From Piedraia hortae CBS 480.64 (lineage: Eukaryota), in NCBI GenBank assembly GCA_010093745.1, contig MU005984.1, forward strand, positions 186,001-215,081: a stretch of DNA of 29,081 nucleotides. The letters run 5' to 3'. The notes below the pieces were generated by a model. That model made no database searches. It had not been told where the DNA came from and saw only the letters and a list, made by a program, of their open reading frames with translations. Shown in pieces: positions 9,396 to 20,165 of the stretch. Position 1 is the stretch's first letter; each line of letters starts with the position of its first letter. The translations under genes and the position numbers were made by a program.

Positions 9396-10997
9396 ATGGC
9401 CGGTTCAGGTTCGGGTCCTACCCGTCGAAGCCACACAAAAAGCCGAAAAGGGTGCAGAACTTGCAAACGTCGACACATTCGTTGCGATGAAACTTTTCCA
9501 CAATGGTATTGATGCGGAACTCCTTGTCGTTGATTTCAACTAATCAAATAGTCGAAACTGTACAAAGCATCGCGTCCAGTGTGACTACAGCCAATCAATA
9601 ATATCTGATGGTGAAGGCACGCAATCTCCAGATCCCCCAGTGACGCTCACTCCCGGCGCTGAATCTCATGTCGACCAATGGCAGCAGACCGGCAAATTTC
9701 CCTACCCAGACTTACAGATGCATCCTTCTCCGCCCGCTCACCAGTACAGTTGCACTGAGTTGCACCTCATCCACCACCTTTCGGTGATTACCCACCAGCT
9801 CCATCGCAATGGCACCAGTCACCTTGCTCTTTGGACCCAAAGAATGCCGCATCTTCTCAGCATAGCTTCGGTTCACCCGATTGTCATGAATGCACTGCTT
9901 GCCTTTTCGGCAAGTCACCTTGCATGGGTGCACAACTCGGAAGAAACCCGCCGTCTCTCCCTGAATTACGGCAGCATCGCCCTCAACCGCCTTCACGAAG
10001 CTATCTGTTCTTTTTCTCAAGCCGACCCTGAGGTTGTCCTCGCAACTTCTATGCTACTTCTATGGCAAGCCACTGACTGGTATGCACCCAAATCGCCATA
10101 ATGACAGTCCAAGTGCTAATTCTTTGCAGGCGGAGCTGGTCATCACTAAGATCTGGTATCCAATCCATCCTCTGTGCTATGCAATCAACAAATAGTAGCT
10201 CACCCCTCGCCCAGCTCCTCACCGAAGAAGAAGCTCGTGCGGTGGCTTTCAATACCAACAAGCACACGACAACCGCACCCCCTGACCGTATCGCCATCCT
10301 GCAAGACCTTATAATGGCCACTAGCAGGCTCCATTCGTCTCTTCCCGGGAATGACATGGAAGCCGCTTGGATTCACCATTTGTGTGGCTATGTTGAGCAA
10401 CTACGAAATTTGGAGGCACCACGGACGGCTGAACAGCAATTTAACCTTCTATATCGACTCCGGAAATGGCTATTTTGGGTACCGGTGCTTCTCCTCCAGG
10501 CCGAGGCCCCTCAGAAGCCAACTCTGGCAGTTATTGCGCACTTTTATGCGGCCGCCATCGCTTTGGAACCCTTGTTTCCCAGCTTGGGATCATCATTCTG
10601 TGCATCCATGACCCTTTCGCCATTAGAAGCCATCATCAACTTGGTGGATGCTCCGGATTTAAAGAACCAAAGCGACATCTCAGGCACTGACATGACCGCA
10701 ATCATGCAATACCCCCGACAGATGGCCGCTCAATTCCGCAGTCAAACAGTGCAACCTGTGCTTCCGTTGGATCACACTTCCTATGGTTATACAAATGGTG
10801 TTGGCAATCTTAGTCCGGCTTTCAGCCCGGCCGCACCTCAATATGGGACCTCCTCTTCTTACCTTGACTTACCTTGCGGACAAAGTTCCTTTACGCTCAG
10901 CATGCAAGGATGGGGATCCCAACCGTCACCCGCCTTTCCACCCCCGACTTTTGCAATGGACGACTACAGTACTTTTACTGCTTCGGCTTGGACCTGA
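9396..10997 (+). CDS. Zn(II)2Cys6 transcription factor (Upc2-like DNA-binding domain plus fungal TF domain), 501 aa; join(9396..9505,9552..10079,10130..10997)
   Basis: Spliced N-terminus MAGSGSGPTRRSHTKSRKGCRTCKRRHIRCDETFPQC/RNCTKHRVQCDY contains all six Cys. Introns 9506-9551 (GTATTG..CTAAT..TAG) and 10080-10129 (GTATGC..CTAAT..CAG) join the 9640 and 10101 ORFs in frame. Confidence 0.93.
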
Positions 10998-11526
10998 TAT
11001 TGAGCTGCTTTTCACATTAGCGCTTGGATGAGAGGATAGGCTGCTCTGGAGTTTTTTTTTTCCTTTACAAGGTTTTCATGTTATGAAGTCGCAAAGGAAC
11101 TTGTAAGATTGGATGTATGATACATTTGAGCAATGCTGTCCGTTACATGAAATGCATAGCGTGCGGTGCTAACGAAAAGCAAGAGAGCGTCCTATAATTT
11201 TGTTCCCGCCAGTCATTTGAGAGAAACTCGCAACTTATGTGGTCGGAACATGCTTCTGAGTGTGTCCCAGAGTTCTGGATTTCTTCCATCAATGATAATG
11301 ATTGCTATGGTCCAGTTTTCTAGGGGGATATATAGTTTCCCAGCCAAGCAGCTATGCCATACAGTACGTGCAAGGTTCGGGCCGGTCCTAAAGCAAACAC
11401 AGTCCTATTAACCGGTGGCGTCCAAACAAGTGGGGAAGGTGGGGGTGAGGCACATGTTATGACGTTGCGGACTCACGACAAAATCCAACCGCCCCCACGT
11501 TTCCTTTTCTTTGCATAGAAGCAGTT

Positions 11527-12555
11527 ATGGCTGACCAAAAGATCACGGAAAAAGTCAGGCAGACTGCCAAGGAGGAAGCCGTGCATGTTCGCCAACTCGC
11601 AGAGCAGGGCGCCAAGTCAGGTGCTTACTTGTACCCGTTGCGCGTACGTGAATACTGCAACTCTGAAAACCGTTCTGACTCATTTCTAGGGTATCGTGTA
11701 TCTGCTCTCGCATGAGGACCTTCGCAGACCTCTAATTTCTCGCCTTGCATCGACTTTTACGTTGGGTATGGGAGTAACGACGTTTATGTTTCTCTTCACA
11801 TATGTGCCGCAAGTTGCAGCATTGGTGTTCACCAGTGGGCCACTGGCCGCATTGACTACTATCCTGCTGGTTTTGAGCGAGAGCAGCACACTCACGACGG
11901 TGTTGTCCCGCGCCCTGTTAATAGATGAAAGCTTGATTGACACGTTCGATGGGACGCTCGTAAGCAAGGGCGAGACAACGCTTGTCGCCAAAGAGCGTAA
12001 AGTCGCTTCAGGGCGAACGGCAGATTCCATTGCGAGGCTGGGGAAACTGGTTAAGAAGCCCTTCCAAAGATTCAGGCAAGCCTCTCTATTCATAATATAC
12101 ACCGCCACTAACTACTTCTAGTGAGTTGGGTTTACATTTTGCATTGACACGCTAACAATAAAGAACCTGAAGCCATTGTCCGGTACCTCATGTACTTGCC
12201 ATTGAATTTCATCCCCATCATAGGCACAGCGACTTTCATCCTTCTGCAAGGCAAGAAATACGGCCCACAAACCCATAATCGCTATTTTCAGCTCAAGGGA
12301 ATGAGTCGTTCGCAGCGCGAGCAATATATCCAAGAGAACCAAGGCGCTTACACCAGGTTTGTTCCACTCAATTTGACAACCAACTTTCCTAACAGTTGCA
12401 GCTTTGGCGTCGTCGCCACTCTCCTCGAGATGGTCCCTATTGCGGGCATCTTCTTCGTGTTTACCAACACCTGTGGTGCTGCACTTTGGGCAGCTGATTT
12501 GGAAAAGAGGGGTGGAACGGCGCCTCGACTCCGGGAAAACATCAGGGATTCGTAA
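11527..12555 (+). CDS. EI24-domain / Rrt8-Lds-like membrane protein, 282 aa; join(11527..11643,11690..12074,12164..12356,12402..12555)
   Basis: Motifs GAYLYPLRGIVY, LPLNFIPIIG, H-x-RYFQLKG and Y-T-SFG..LLEMVP..FFVFTNTCGAALWAADLE. Introns 11644-11689 and 12357-12401 are canonical; 12075-12163 requires nested splicing (see next feature). Confidence 0.88.
12075..12163 (+). other. Candidate [D1,2] spliceosomal twin intron (stwintron): inner GC-AG intron 12076-12121 splits the GTGAGT donor of a 43-nt outer intron
   Basis: TTC A|G[GCAAGC...ACTAAC TACTTCTAG]TGAGTT...GCTAAC AATAAAG|AA CCT GAA. There are two branch sites and two acceptors. Only two-step excision gives the in-frame product KKPFQRFKPEAIVRYLMYLP. 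Confidence 0.8.
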
Positions 12556-12892
12556 AAGGTGTTAGGGTCTATGCGAGAGCTTCCCGTTTCAAAGTGCTCA
12601 CAATACTGTAGACTTTCCAAAAGTGAAAAGATTTTTACAAAACAGTCTACGAGGTGTCGGGTAATGGAAAGGTCGCATAAGTGCCTAAACGGAGCAAAGT
12701 CTCACTAGACCTTGTCAACTTTTAGGCCATCTTGTTGGGCTATGCAGACTGGTGGTTTGGTACTGTCGTAACAGTCGGGCAAAAATGCTGCAAAGAGTCT
12801 ATACTCGAGACGAATGCTGAGAGGGACTTTGAAGGTCGGAAACTATGCTTTCATTCTGTGGGTGATACTCTACCCATATCATTCTTCGAATA

Positions 12893-14480
12893 CTAACAAA
12901 CTCCATGCGTCTTGCCATGCTTGCCCTTGAGGGAGTGCGTCTCGTTCGCAAAATGCGTATTGACGATACTTCCCGCCCTTTGCTTGCGAATAGCATTATC
13001 CAGCTCCATTGTTTCTTTGTGGACTTCCAGTTTTCTCTCGTCCATACGCTTCAATTCATCAAATGCCATGCGGATATCTTGCACCAAGGCATCGCAGCGT
13101 GAGCGAGAGAAGTCTTCCCTTACTACCACCCGCATCATCTTCAAGTGATTTGCATGCGGTGCCAAAGTATAGGCGGGTACGATCCAGCCACGACGACGCA
13201 AGTGGTGGGACAAGTCGAATTCGTCAAACTTGTGTCCGCCTTTAGGATCGAGGCGGAAGGCTACCAATGGCAAGCCGTTCCCGCGAGTGCTGGACATGAG
13301 GATGAATCCCAGTTTTTCGACTGTGGCGGCCAGATAATCGGCAGTGCGAGTAAGGTTCATCATGATGCTCCTGTACCCCTTTTTACCCAGCCGACACAAC
13401 ACATAGTACTGCGCGATGATTTGCGAAGCGCCGCGCGAAAAGTTGAGGGTGAACGATGCTTGGTCCGCACCGAGGTAATTGATGTTGAAGATGAGTTCTA
13501 GTCGGTTAGCAGAGCAACTGACCTAATTGAGGGAATTTTCTACCTTTGGGAAGAAACTCGGGGTCACGCCATACAACCCAGCCTACTCCCGGATAGCACA
13601 AGCCATATTTATGGCCTGAAACATTGATCGATACGACTTTGGGTAACCGAAAATCCCAAACCAGGTCGGGCTTCACAAAAGGCGCAACAAAACCTCCAGA
13701 TGCTGCATCAACGTGAATGGGGCAGTCAATTCCACGCTTCACCAGTAAATCATTCAAAGCCTTGACATTTTCATACTCTCCCGTGTAGGTCGTGCCGAGA
13801 ATGGCACAGATACCAATGGTGTTTTCGTCGATCAGCTTGACTGCCTCTTCTGGGTCGATGACATAACGCGACTCAGTGCAATAAACATACTTCTCCTCGA
13901 CATCAAAGTACCTGGCTGCTTTCTCCCAACAAACCTGGACAGCTGAGTTCATGATGATGTTCGGCTGAGAAAAGTCTTTACCAGCAGCTTTACGCAGCAT
14001 CTGCCAACGCTTCTTCATGGCGAGCGTCGCCAGCATAATGGCTTCCGAGGATCCCACAGTACTAGTGCCCATGGCATTCACAGTTTCATCATGCGTCGGT
14101 GCGTTGAAAAGTCGTGCAATCATGTTGACACAGCGGTTCTGGATATCAGCCGAAACAGGGTATTCCTCGTAATCAATGAAGTTCTTGGGGAAAGCTTCGA
14201 TCATAAGCTTCTCCGCCTCATCCTCCATGTACGTCGTGACAAACGACGCGAGGTTCAAGGTCGGCGTTCCATCCAGAGACAGATCATCTTTGATCATGCG
14301 GTACGCTACATGAGCCGGCATCTCATCCTCTGGCATCTCATGCCTGGGGAGATCTGCCAAGGCAAACCGCGAACCGTACACAGTCGACGTAAACTCATCC
14401 GGGGTTTGATCTAGGTCGGTTGCCTTTCCCAGCCCATCCCCATTGGTTTGTTTATCACTTGTAACGACGCCAAGAACCAT
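12893..14480 (-). CDS. GAD1: Glutamate decarboxylase (PLP-dependent), 513 aa; complement(join(12893..13497,13544..14480))
   Basis: Motifs [32 protein letters not shown] and the PLP lysine in [12 protein letters not shown] 46-nt intron at 13498-13543 (GTAGAA..GCTAAC..TAG) joins [15 protein letters not shown]. Confidence 0.95.
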
Positions 14481-14868
14481 TTTGGACTGTATGAAAGACT
14501 GCTTGTCAGTAGCTATCGAGAAAAGGAGGGGCTACACCTCGGCCCGGCCCTCCCCGGCTCTGGGCAGGGTTCTGGCGGGGTAGGTTACATCTGACAAATC
14601 AGATGCCACCAAGCCCTCATACGTAGCAGTTCGTCACTGACATTGGGCTGATATGCTGCCACCTTTTTCCGAGCATGCTGCATAGTTTCGTGGATCCGCT
14701 ACGAGTTTGATAATGATATGTTAACGGTTGCCGTGTTCCGGCAAATAAGTACATCACATAGATGGACACAAGGCCCATCTACCACGATTCTAGGCACAAT
14801 GAAAGCACCCTTATATAAAAATATACCAGGCACATGCTGACTATCTCCAATTATCAAGAGGCGTTGCC

Positions 14869-15766
14869 ATGGGAAACGAGAATTGGTCTGCTGGTTCGGA
14901 AAATTTTACCACATTCCGTGCTCGACTTATTATATCACTATTTGACCCCCAAGCAATTTTACACTTTGATTCTGATGGATTCCCATACTTGGAACTTCCC
15001 AGAATGATTGGTAATTACATGGCTAGAATTCCGGGAATCGGAGCAATTCGATCCCATGTCGATGCAACACATGAGACAATTGTCCAATCGTTCAGTCTGA
15101 CATTGTTTGCCCTCATCTCTACAAGTTGACACGTTGCGCTGAGAATGACCATTAATCGCGCACGATAGCTGTATGCGGAAACTCCAACTACAGACCTGAA
15201 GATTATTGGGACTGACTGTGTGCCTCGCTGGTGAATGTCAATCTAGAGATGGGGAGTATTCTGCAACGATTTACTTCTTAAGATGCATCGTGCAATTTTG
15301 TCTTGAGTGACGCATCATGCCCCATCATAGATATACAGTGTGATATATAGCTTGGAAAAGCTCTGCAATGCCAACTGGTTCTGCGTACATGCATTGCAAA
15401 TCCTGCAAAAAGATTATCCTAATTTAGTTATGAAACAACAGGTTGAGAACAGGACAATGCAGCTGTGAAGGTTTGAACAAATTGGCGGCGGTAGGGAAAT
15501 ATAATGCAGAGATCCACCTCACGTTCAGAGACTTTAAGGTCAGCATTGAATTAAACATGGTGCCTACGAAGGGAGAGGACCATTCACTACTACCGTGTCG
15601 TGCACAGTGCTTTTGGAGCCAGCTGTACAAGTCGGAAGACATCATATCCTGTCGAAAGTGGAAATTACAAAGACTTCCGTTGCCTGGGCATACTGAGAAA
15701 AAGGATCCTGCCCCCTCATTACGACTAGCAACCTCAGCCATAGAGGGAAAAAACATCCCTCGTTGA
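14869..15766 (+). pseudogene. Possible decayed gene with an F-box-like N-terminal motif
   Basis: FPYLELPRMIGNYM resembles the fungal F-box-like 'FPFLxLPxExRxxIY' motif. It is followed by stop-interrupted, protein-like fragments (15443-15766), and I could build no clean splice model. Confidence 0.25.
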
Positions 15767-16284
15767 TGTTACTGGGGAACTCGGGATAACACATCTTCCA
15801 GCCCTTTAATGTGCGCCTTTCATTGGATGGTCGTCAATCCTGTAAAAGCAGAACGTAATTTCACAGATTGGACCTATATAGAGATCGCCGTGCTTGTAGC
15901 ATCATCTCTCCAAAAGACTGTCCAAAACCATCAGGTATTCATAGTCTTAATTGCGTTCCGAAGCGCCTGTGAAGTGTAGCACGAAGGAAAAAGGAGCACT
16001 GCATGCCTTGTTTGTATGAAGAATGCTGAAACTGAGAACAATCTAGTTGGACCCCAAGTGATATTGTGACTCTTCTCTGCCAAGTTCGACTGAGTATAAA
16101 GGGAAGGCATGGATTAATGTAAAGAGCTGAACTAAGCCGCTATTGTGCCGCAACGTCTCCGTTATTTTAGCACAGTAATCTTCCGTGAAGTTTACATGGA
16201 CAATCCTACTCAACTTGATTATTTGTGATGGATCAAACAAAACATTTACTCGTAGCTATTGTCTGCAGCATCGTGTGCAATATG

Positions 16285-17151
16285 TCACCCTATCCGTTTA
16301 TTACATTCTGCTGCTTCGACTTGGCTGGCCCAAGAACTTATACGCTCGGAATTAGAAGACAGCCCCTCGATTTTGGGGCGACTAGTTTTTGAGTCGAGGA
16401 AACGATGGGACCTTTGCTCCCACATGCATGAAGAAGGCTGGAACTTTTGATGAGGCCTACCATCTTTGTCTGTATCTTCTTCGCTTTTGTTCGCGTCCCA
16501 CTCACGTGATTCTGTGGCCTTAAGTTTTCGTATCCTGTTCCTTTCACGCTCTCCCATTAACCATTGGCGGTTTTGCCTTTCCGCAATCTCACTTTGACCA
16601 GAAAGCTCGGTTGTCAGTGCCTCTCGCTGAACAAACGAGGATACATCTGCTTCTGCTCGAGCATGTGCTGCGCTCAACTTTGCGTTTTTAATCTGGATCT
16701 GTGCCATTTTCAAGGCAAGTTCTTCTTCGGTCAGTTTGGGCTTCTTAAAGCCGTACGTCCTTTGATGACCGTTTTTATCGAGTGGGTCAAGATCGTTCCG
16801 TGACAAACTGGATCTTCGGTCTTCTACAATGACAGAATGATCTATTGGTGTAAAATCGTCGTAGAACAAGTTGAATTCGGAGTTGTATCGCTCGGTCTGG
16901 TCCTCACCAGCTTGATCGTCGGATATGCCCACGATTTTGTAAGGGGTAGCGTAGTCGTGCGTTTCTTCAACATGGCTATCATTTCGAGCAACTGCTACGG
17001 GAGGTTCAGTGGGCTGTGTGGGTGTGAAGTTTGGCGCCGCCCCTGAAAGAGACGAAACCGCATTTGGGGCAGATGTAGGGGTGGAGTTGGAGCAAAGGTC
17101 GTTATCCGTCTGTGTGGAGTGGGGCGGAGGTCCCGCCTTGTTGGCATTCAT
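16285..17151 (-). CDS. Conserved fungal hypothetical protein with charged coiled-coil region, 288 aa
   Basis: Uninterrupted ATG-started ORF. The segment KLTEEELALKMAQIQIKNAKLSAAHARAEAD...ERERNRIRKLKATESREWD and the terminal SWASQVE resemble a conserved ascomycete family (from recollection, not searched). Confidence 0.7.
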   Translation of the reverse strand: MNANKAGPPPHSTQTDNDLCSNSTPTSAPNAVSSLSGAAPNFTPTQPTEPPVAVARNDSHVEETHDYATPYKIVGISDDQAGEDQTERYNSEFNLFYDDFTPIDHSVIVEDRRSSLSRNDLDPLDKNGHQRTYGFKKPKLTEEELALKMAQIQIKNAKLSAAHARAEADVSSFVQREALTTELSGQSEIAERQNRQWLMGERERNRIRKLKATESREWDANKSEEDTDKDGRPHQKFQPSSCMWEQRSHRFLDSKTSRPKIEGLSSNSERISSWASQVEAAECNKRIG

Positions 17152-17331
17152 TGGCTCTGTCTAGTTTAAACCGAGCTTAGGTTGCTCACAGACTGGTGCA
17201 CCGCAACTGCACATAACACCTGTGCTTCATGCTGAGGAGACTGCTGCCGATGACGTCATCTGCCATTATCTTACTGCCAGTGCCATTGACACTCGGGTAT
17301 CTATACATACTAAGCACACAACGCAAACCCG

Positions 17332-18243
17332 CTATCGCTTGACCCATTGAGGCATTTTACGAGCTTTCCGTTTGCCAGGTTTTTTCCTTTCTACGGTCTT
17401 GTAGTTTCGGGTAATGCATCCCGCTGCAAAAGTCAGCAGACTCCCATATGTTCAAACCCACGTACCTCTTCGGAGAACTGGCTTCAAATCGGGCTCGTGT
17501 ATGAGCAAAGACTTGGCAATAGCCAGGGTAATAGCCTCGGCTTGGCCCGTTGTGCCTCCTCCACGGACTACGATGCAGGTGTTGTATTTGTCCAGCCGCA
17601 TTGATGCTTTGAGAGGCCACAGTGCCGATTCTCGATCATGTAGCCGGGGAAAATAGTCTACGATACTCCGATCGTTGATCAGCACCTCACCGTAACCTTC
17701 TACCAAGTATGCAATGGCTGTAGAGCTTTTACGCCGGCCGTTTGCCCGAGAAACACCATACGCATCAACTGTTCTCGGCCTGGCCAAACTCAAATTCGGT
17801 TGCACTGCGCGCTTGTAGCTCTCCAAGGTCTGCTGCACCTCTTCCGGCATGAGTGAGGGATGGATGCTATTTAGTCGCTTAAGTAGCTCAAGCAACATGT
17901 TGTATGGCTTCTCTCGCACCGGCTCCGCCAGCTCCGTCCTGTACTGCTCCAGCGTCTTCCAAGTAACGCGAGGGCCTTGGTCCGAGGGTAAAACTGGCAG
18001 CGTCTGGTACTTTCGCAGGAGCTTTTCCAGCGACAAAAGGTCATCGGTGTATTTTGGGATGGACGTAAAGTAGGATGGCGATGCCGGCACGACCCGAACT
18101 TTAGACGTCGAGACGGCATTGGGGTTGACGGGTGGAGCGGCGCGAAAATCTTGACTGGCCACCGGAGCAGCGTAGGCACGGTTGCGATTGAGAATAAAGC
18201 TACTCCTTTGGCTACACTTTGCCAGGGCTCGATACTTGTTCAT
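17332..18243 (-). CDS. MRPS9: Mitochondrial ribosomal protein uS9m, 289 aa; complement(join(17332..17423,17466..18243))
   Basis: S9 motifs GRRKSSTA and [13 protein letters not shown]. After a 42-nt intron (17424-17465) the frame gives [30 protein letters not shown]. The N-terminus is basic and presequence-like. Confidence 0.95.
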
Positions 18244-18375
18244 TGTAAGGAGGTGTTGTGGTGGGCGCGACCCACAGGGGCCAAGCGGCTCGGCTCACTT
18301 GCCTCGAAGATCCAAAACACGCTAAACAAAACCTGCCCCCACCCACACAAATCTTTCTGCACTCCAACACTCAAC

Positions 18376-19902
18376 ATGGCTCCCTTCGGCAAGCTGTACT
18401 CGTATATTGTGTGTCTGCAGTCGTAGTTGGTTATTTGAACGTCGCTGATTGACTTCAGGACAACCCGCGTACCACAGCGATTCTTGCCGTGGCCAAGGCG
18501 GACGGGCTTGAGCTGGAATTGGTGGACACGCAGCCTTCCAAGGGCCTGAGCGAGAACTACCGCAAGCTCAACAAATTGGGAAAAGTCCCCACCTTTGAAG
18601 GAGCCGACGGGTATGTCCTGAGCGAATGCATGGCCATTGCCATCTACGGTAAGACTGACCCCTTCCCCTGCCTCGGTGATGAGATGTGTTATTCAGTTAT
18701 CCCTGTCTGAAAGGTCAGTGTTGAGAACGTATTCACACTCTGAGAGGATCTTGCTATGCTTATGAGCTATTGCCGAGCATGACTTACCGGTGCAGTGACC
18801 TCTCAAAACGAGAAGACCAGTCTTCTGGGCACAACCAAGCAGGACTATGCTTCGGTGCTTCGCTGGATGTCCTTTGCCAATATGGATGTGCTCTTGAGCC
18901 TGGGTGGCGCATTTCGCCCTCTTATCGGCCGCGATCCGTACAACAAGAAGAGTGTGGACGACAGTCTTAAGGCGGCTATGGCAGCCATGAAGGTTCTGGA
19001 AGACCACTTACTGATCAATACATACCTTGTGGGTGAGCGCCTGACCCTGGCCGATCTCTTTGTCACTAGTATCGTATCCCGCGGCTTCCAGTACTTCTTT
19101 GACAAGGAATGGCGTGCTCAGCACCCTTCGGTAACGCGGTGGTATGAGACCATTCGCAACCAGAGCATATACTCGGACGTGGCCGGTGAAGCAACGTTCA
19201 TCGACAAGGCTATTTCGAATCAGCCTCCGAAAAAGGACGATAAAGGCAAGCAAGACAAGAAAGATGACAAGGGTAAGCAGGACGCCAAGGAAAACAAGGG
19301 AAAACAGGACAAGAAGGTTGCAGCGGCAGCCGCGGCCAACGAAGAGGAGGACAAACCGGCTCCCAAGCCGAAACACGTCCTGGAATCGCTTCCCAAGCCG
19401 ACATTTGTGCTTGACGATTGGAAGAGAAAGTACTCCAACGAAGAGACGCGAGAGGCTGCCCTTCCTTGGTAAGTGTTATCATCACCTCGGCCAATAGACT
19501 GACCCCGATCTCAGGTTCTGGGAGAACTGCAAGTTTGACGAGTATTCCATCTGGCAGGTGGATTACAAGTACAACGATGAGCTCACCATGACGTTCATGA
19601 CGTCAAACTTGATCGGCGGCTTTTTTACTCGGCTGGAAGCCTCCCGCAAGTACATCTTCGGAGCGTGCTCAGTTTACGGAGTGACCAACGACTCCGTCGT
19701 CAAAGGTGCATTCGTTGTGCGTGGCCAGGATGCCCAATCCGCCTTTGATGTAGCGCCGGACTACGAGAGTTACGAGTTCACGAAACTAGATCCCACTAAG
19801 GAGTCTGACCGCGAGTTTGTCAATGAAATGTGGGCCTGGGACAAGCCTCTTGAAGTGAAGGGCAAAAAATACGAGTGGGCTGATGGAAAGGTGTTCAAGT
19901 AG
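18376..19902 (+). CDS. TEF4: Translation elongation factor eEF1B-gamma, 427 aa; join(18376..18408,18459..18648,18796..19468,19515..19902)
   Basis: GST-like N-domain (KVPTFEGADGYVLSECMAIAIY, YLVGERLTLADL), Lys-rich linker and EF1G domain (LDDWKRKYSN, FMTSNLIGGFFTRLE, DGKVFK*). Three GT-AG introns of 50, 147 and 46 nt. Confidence 0.95.
18671..18747 (+). ncRNA. snR38: Intronic box C/D snoRNA, snR38-like (guides 2'-O-methylation of the LSU rRNA G equivalent to yeast Gm2815)
   Basis: Terminal stem CCTC/GAGG, box C GTGATGA 18676-18682, guide CAGTTATCCCTGT 18694-18706 complementary to the conserved LSU rRNA sequence ACAGGGAUAACUG, box D' CTGA 18707-18710 and box D CTGA 18740-18743. Yeast snR38 is hosted in the TEF4 intron. 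Confidence 0.9.
19230..19310 (+). repeat. Three tandem 27-nt coding repeats (KKDDKGKQD, KKDDKGKQD, AKENKGKQD) in the eEF1B-gamma linker
   Basis: Directly visible; copies 1 and 2 differ only at synonymous positions. Confidence 0.9.
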
Positions 19903-20165
19903 AGTGGTAGCGTTCATGATTCCCTGAAACGTGATGATCTGGCATAATCACCCGCGTACAACCACTTGCGGTATGGGGTCATTGATGAATCCACGTTTGG
20001 AAGGTCTAGAAGCATTTTAAACGTCATACGACTGCCACAACTCCGCAACACCAGACGCAGCCTCCGATACCCTGACCGGCTTGAAAAGAGCCAGTGTTCG
20101 CTCACCCAATGTGCTTTACTTCAAAAACCAATGGCAGATCAAAGAAGGGCAACTAGACAATATTC

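Noticed and set aside
13498..13543. Internal TAG|GTCAGT inside the GAD1 intron, suggesting recursive splicing
   Set aside because: The resulting pieces (21 and 25 nt) are too short to be introns, and single excision already restores the frame.
14588..14605. 7-bp inverted repeat CATCTGA-caaa-TCAGATG upstream of GAD1
   Set aside because: Short enough to occur by chance in 29 kb, with no supporting context.
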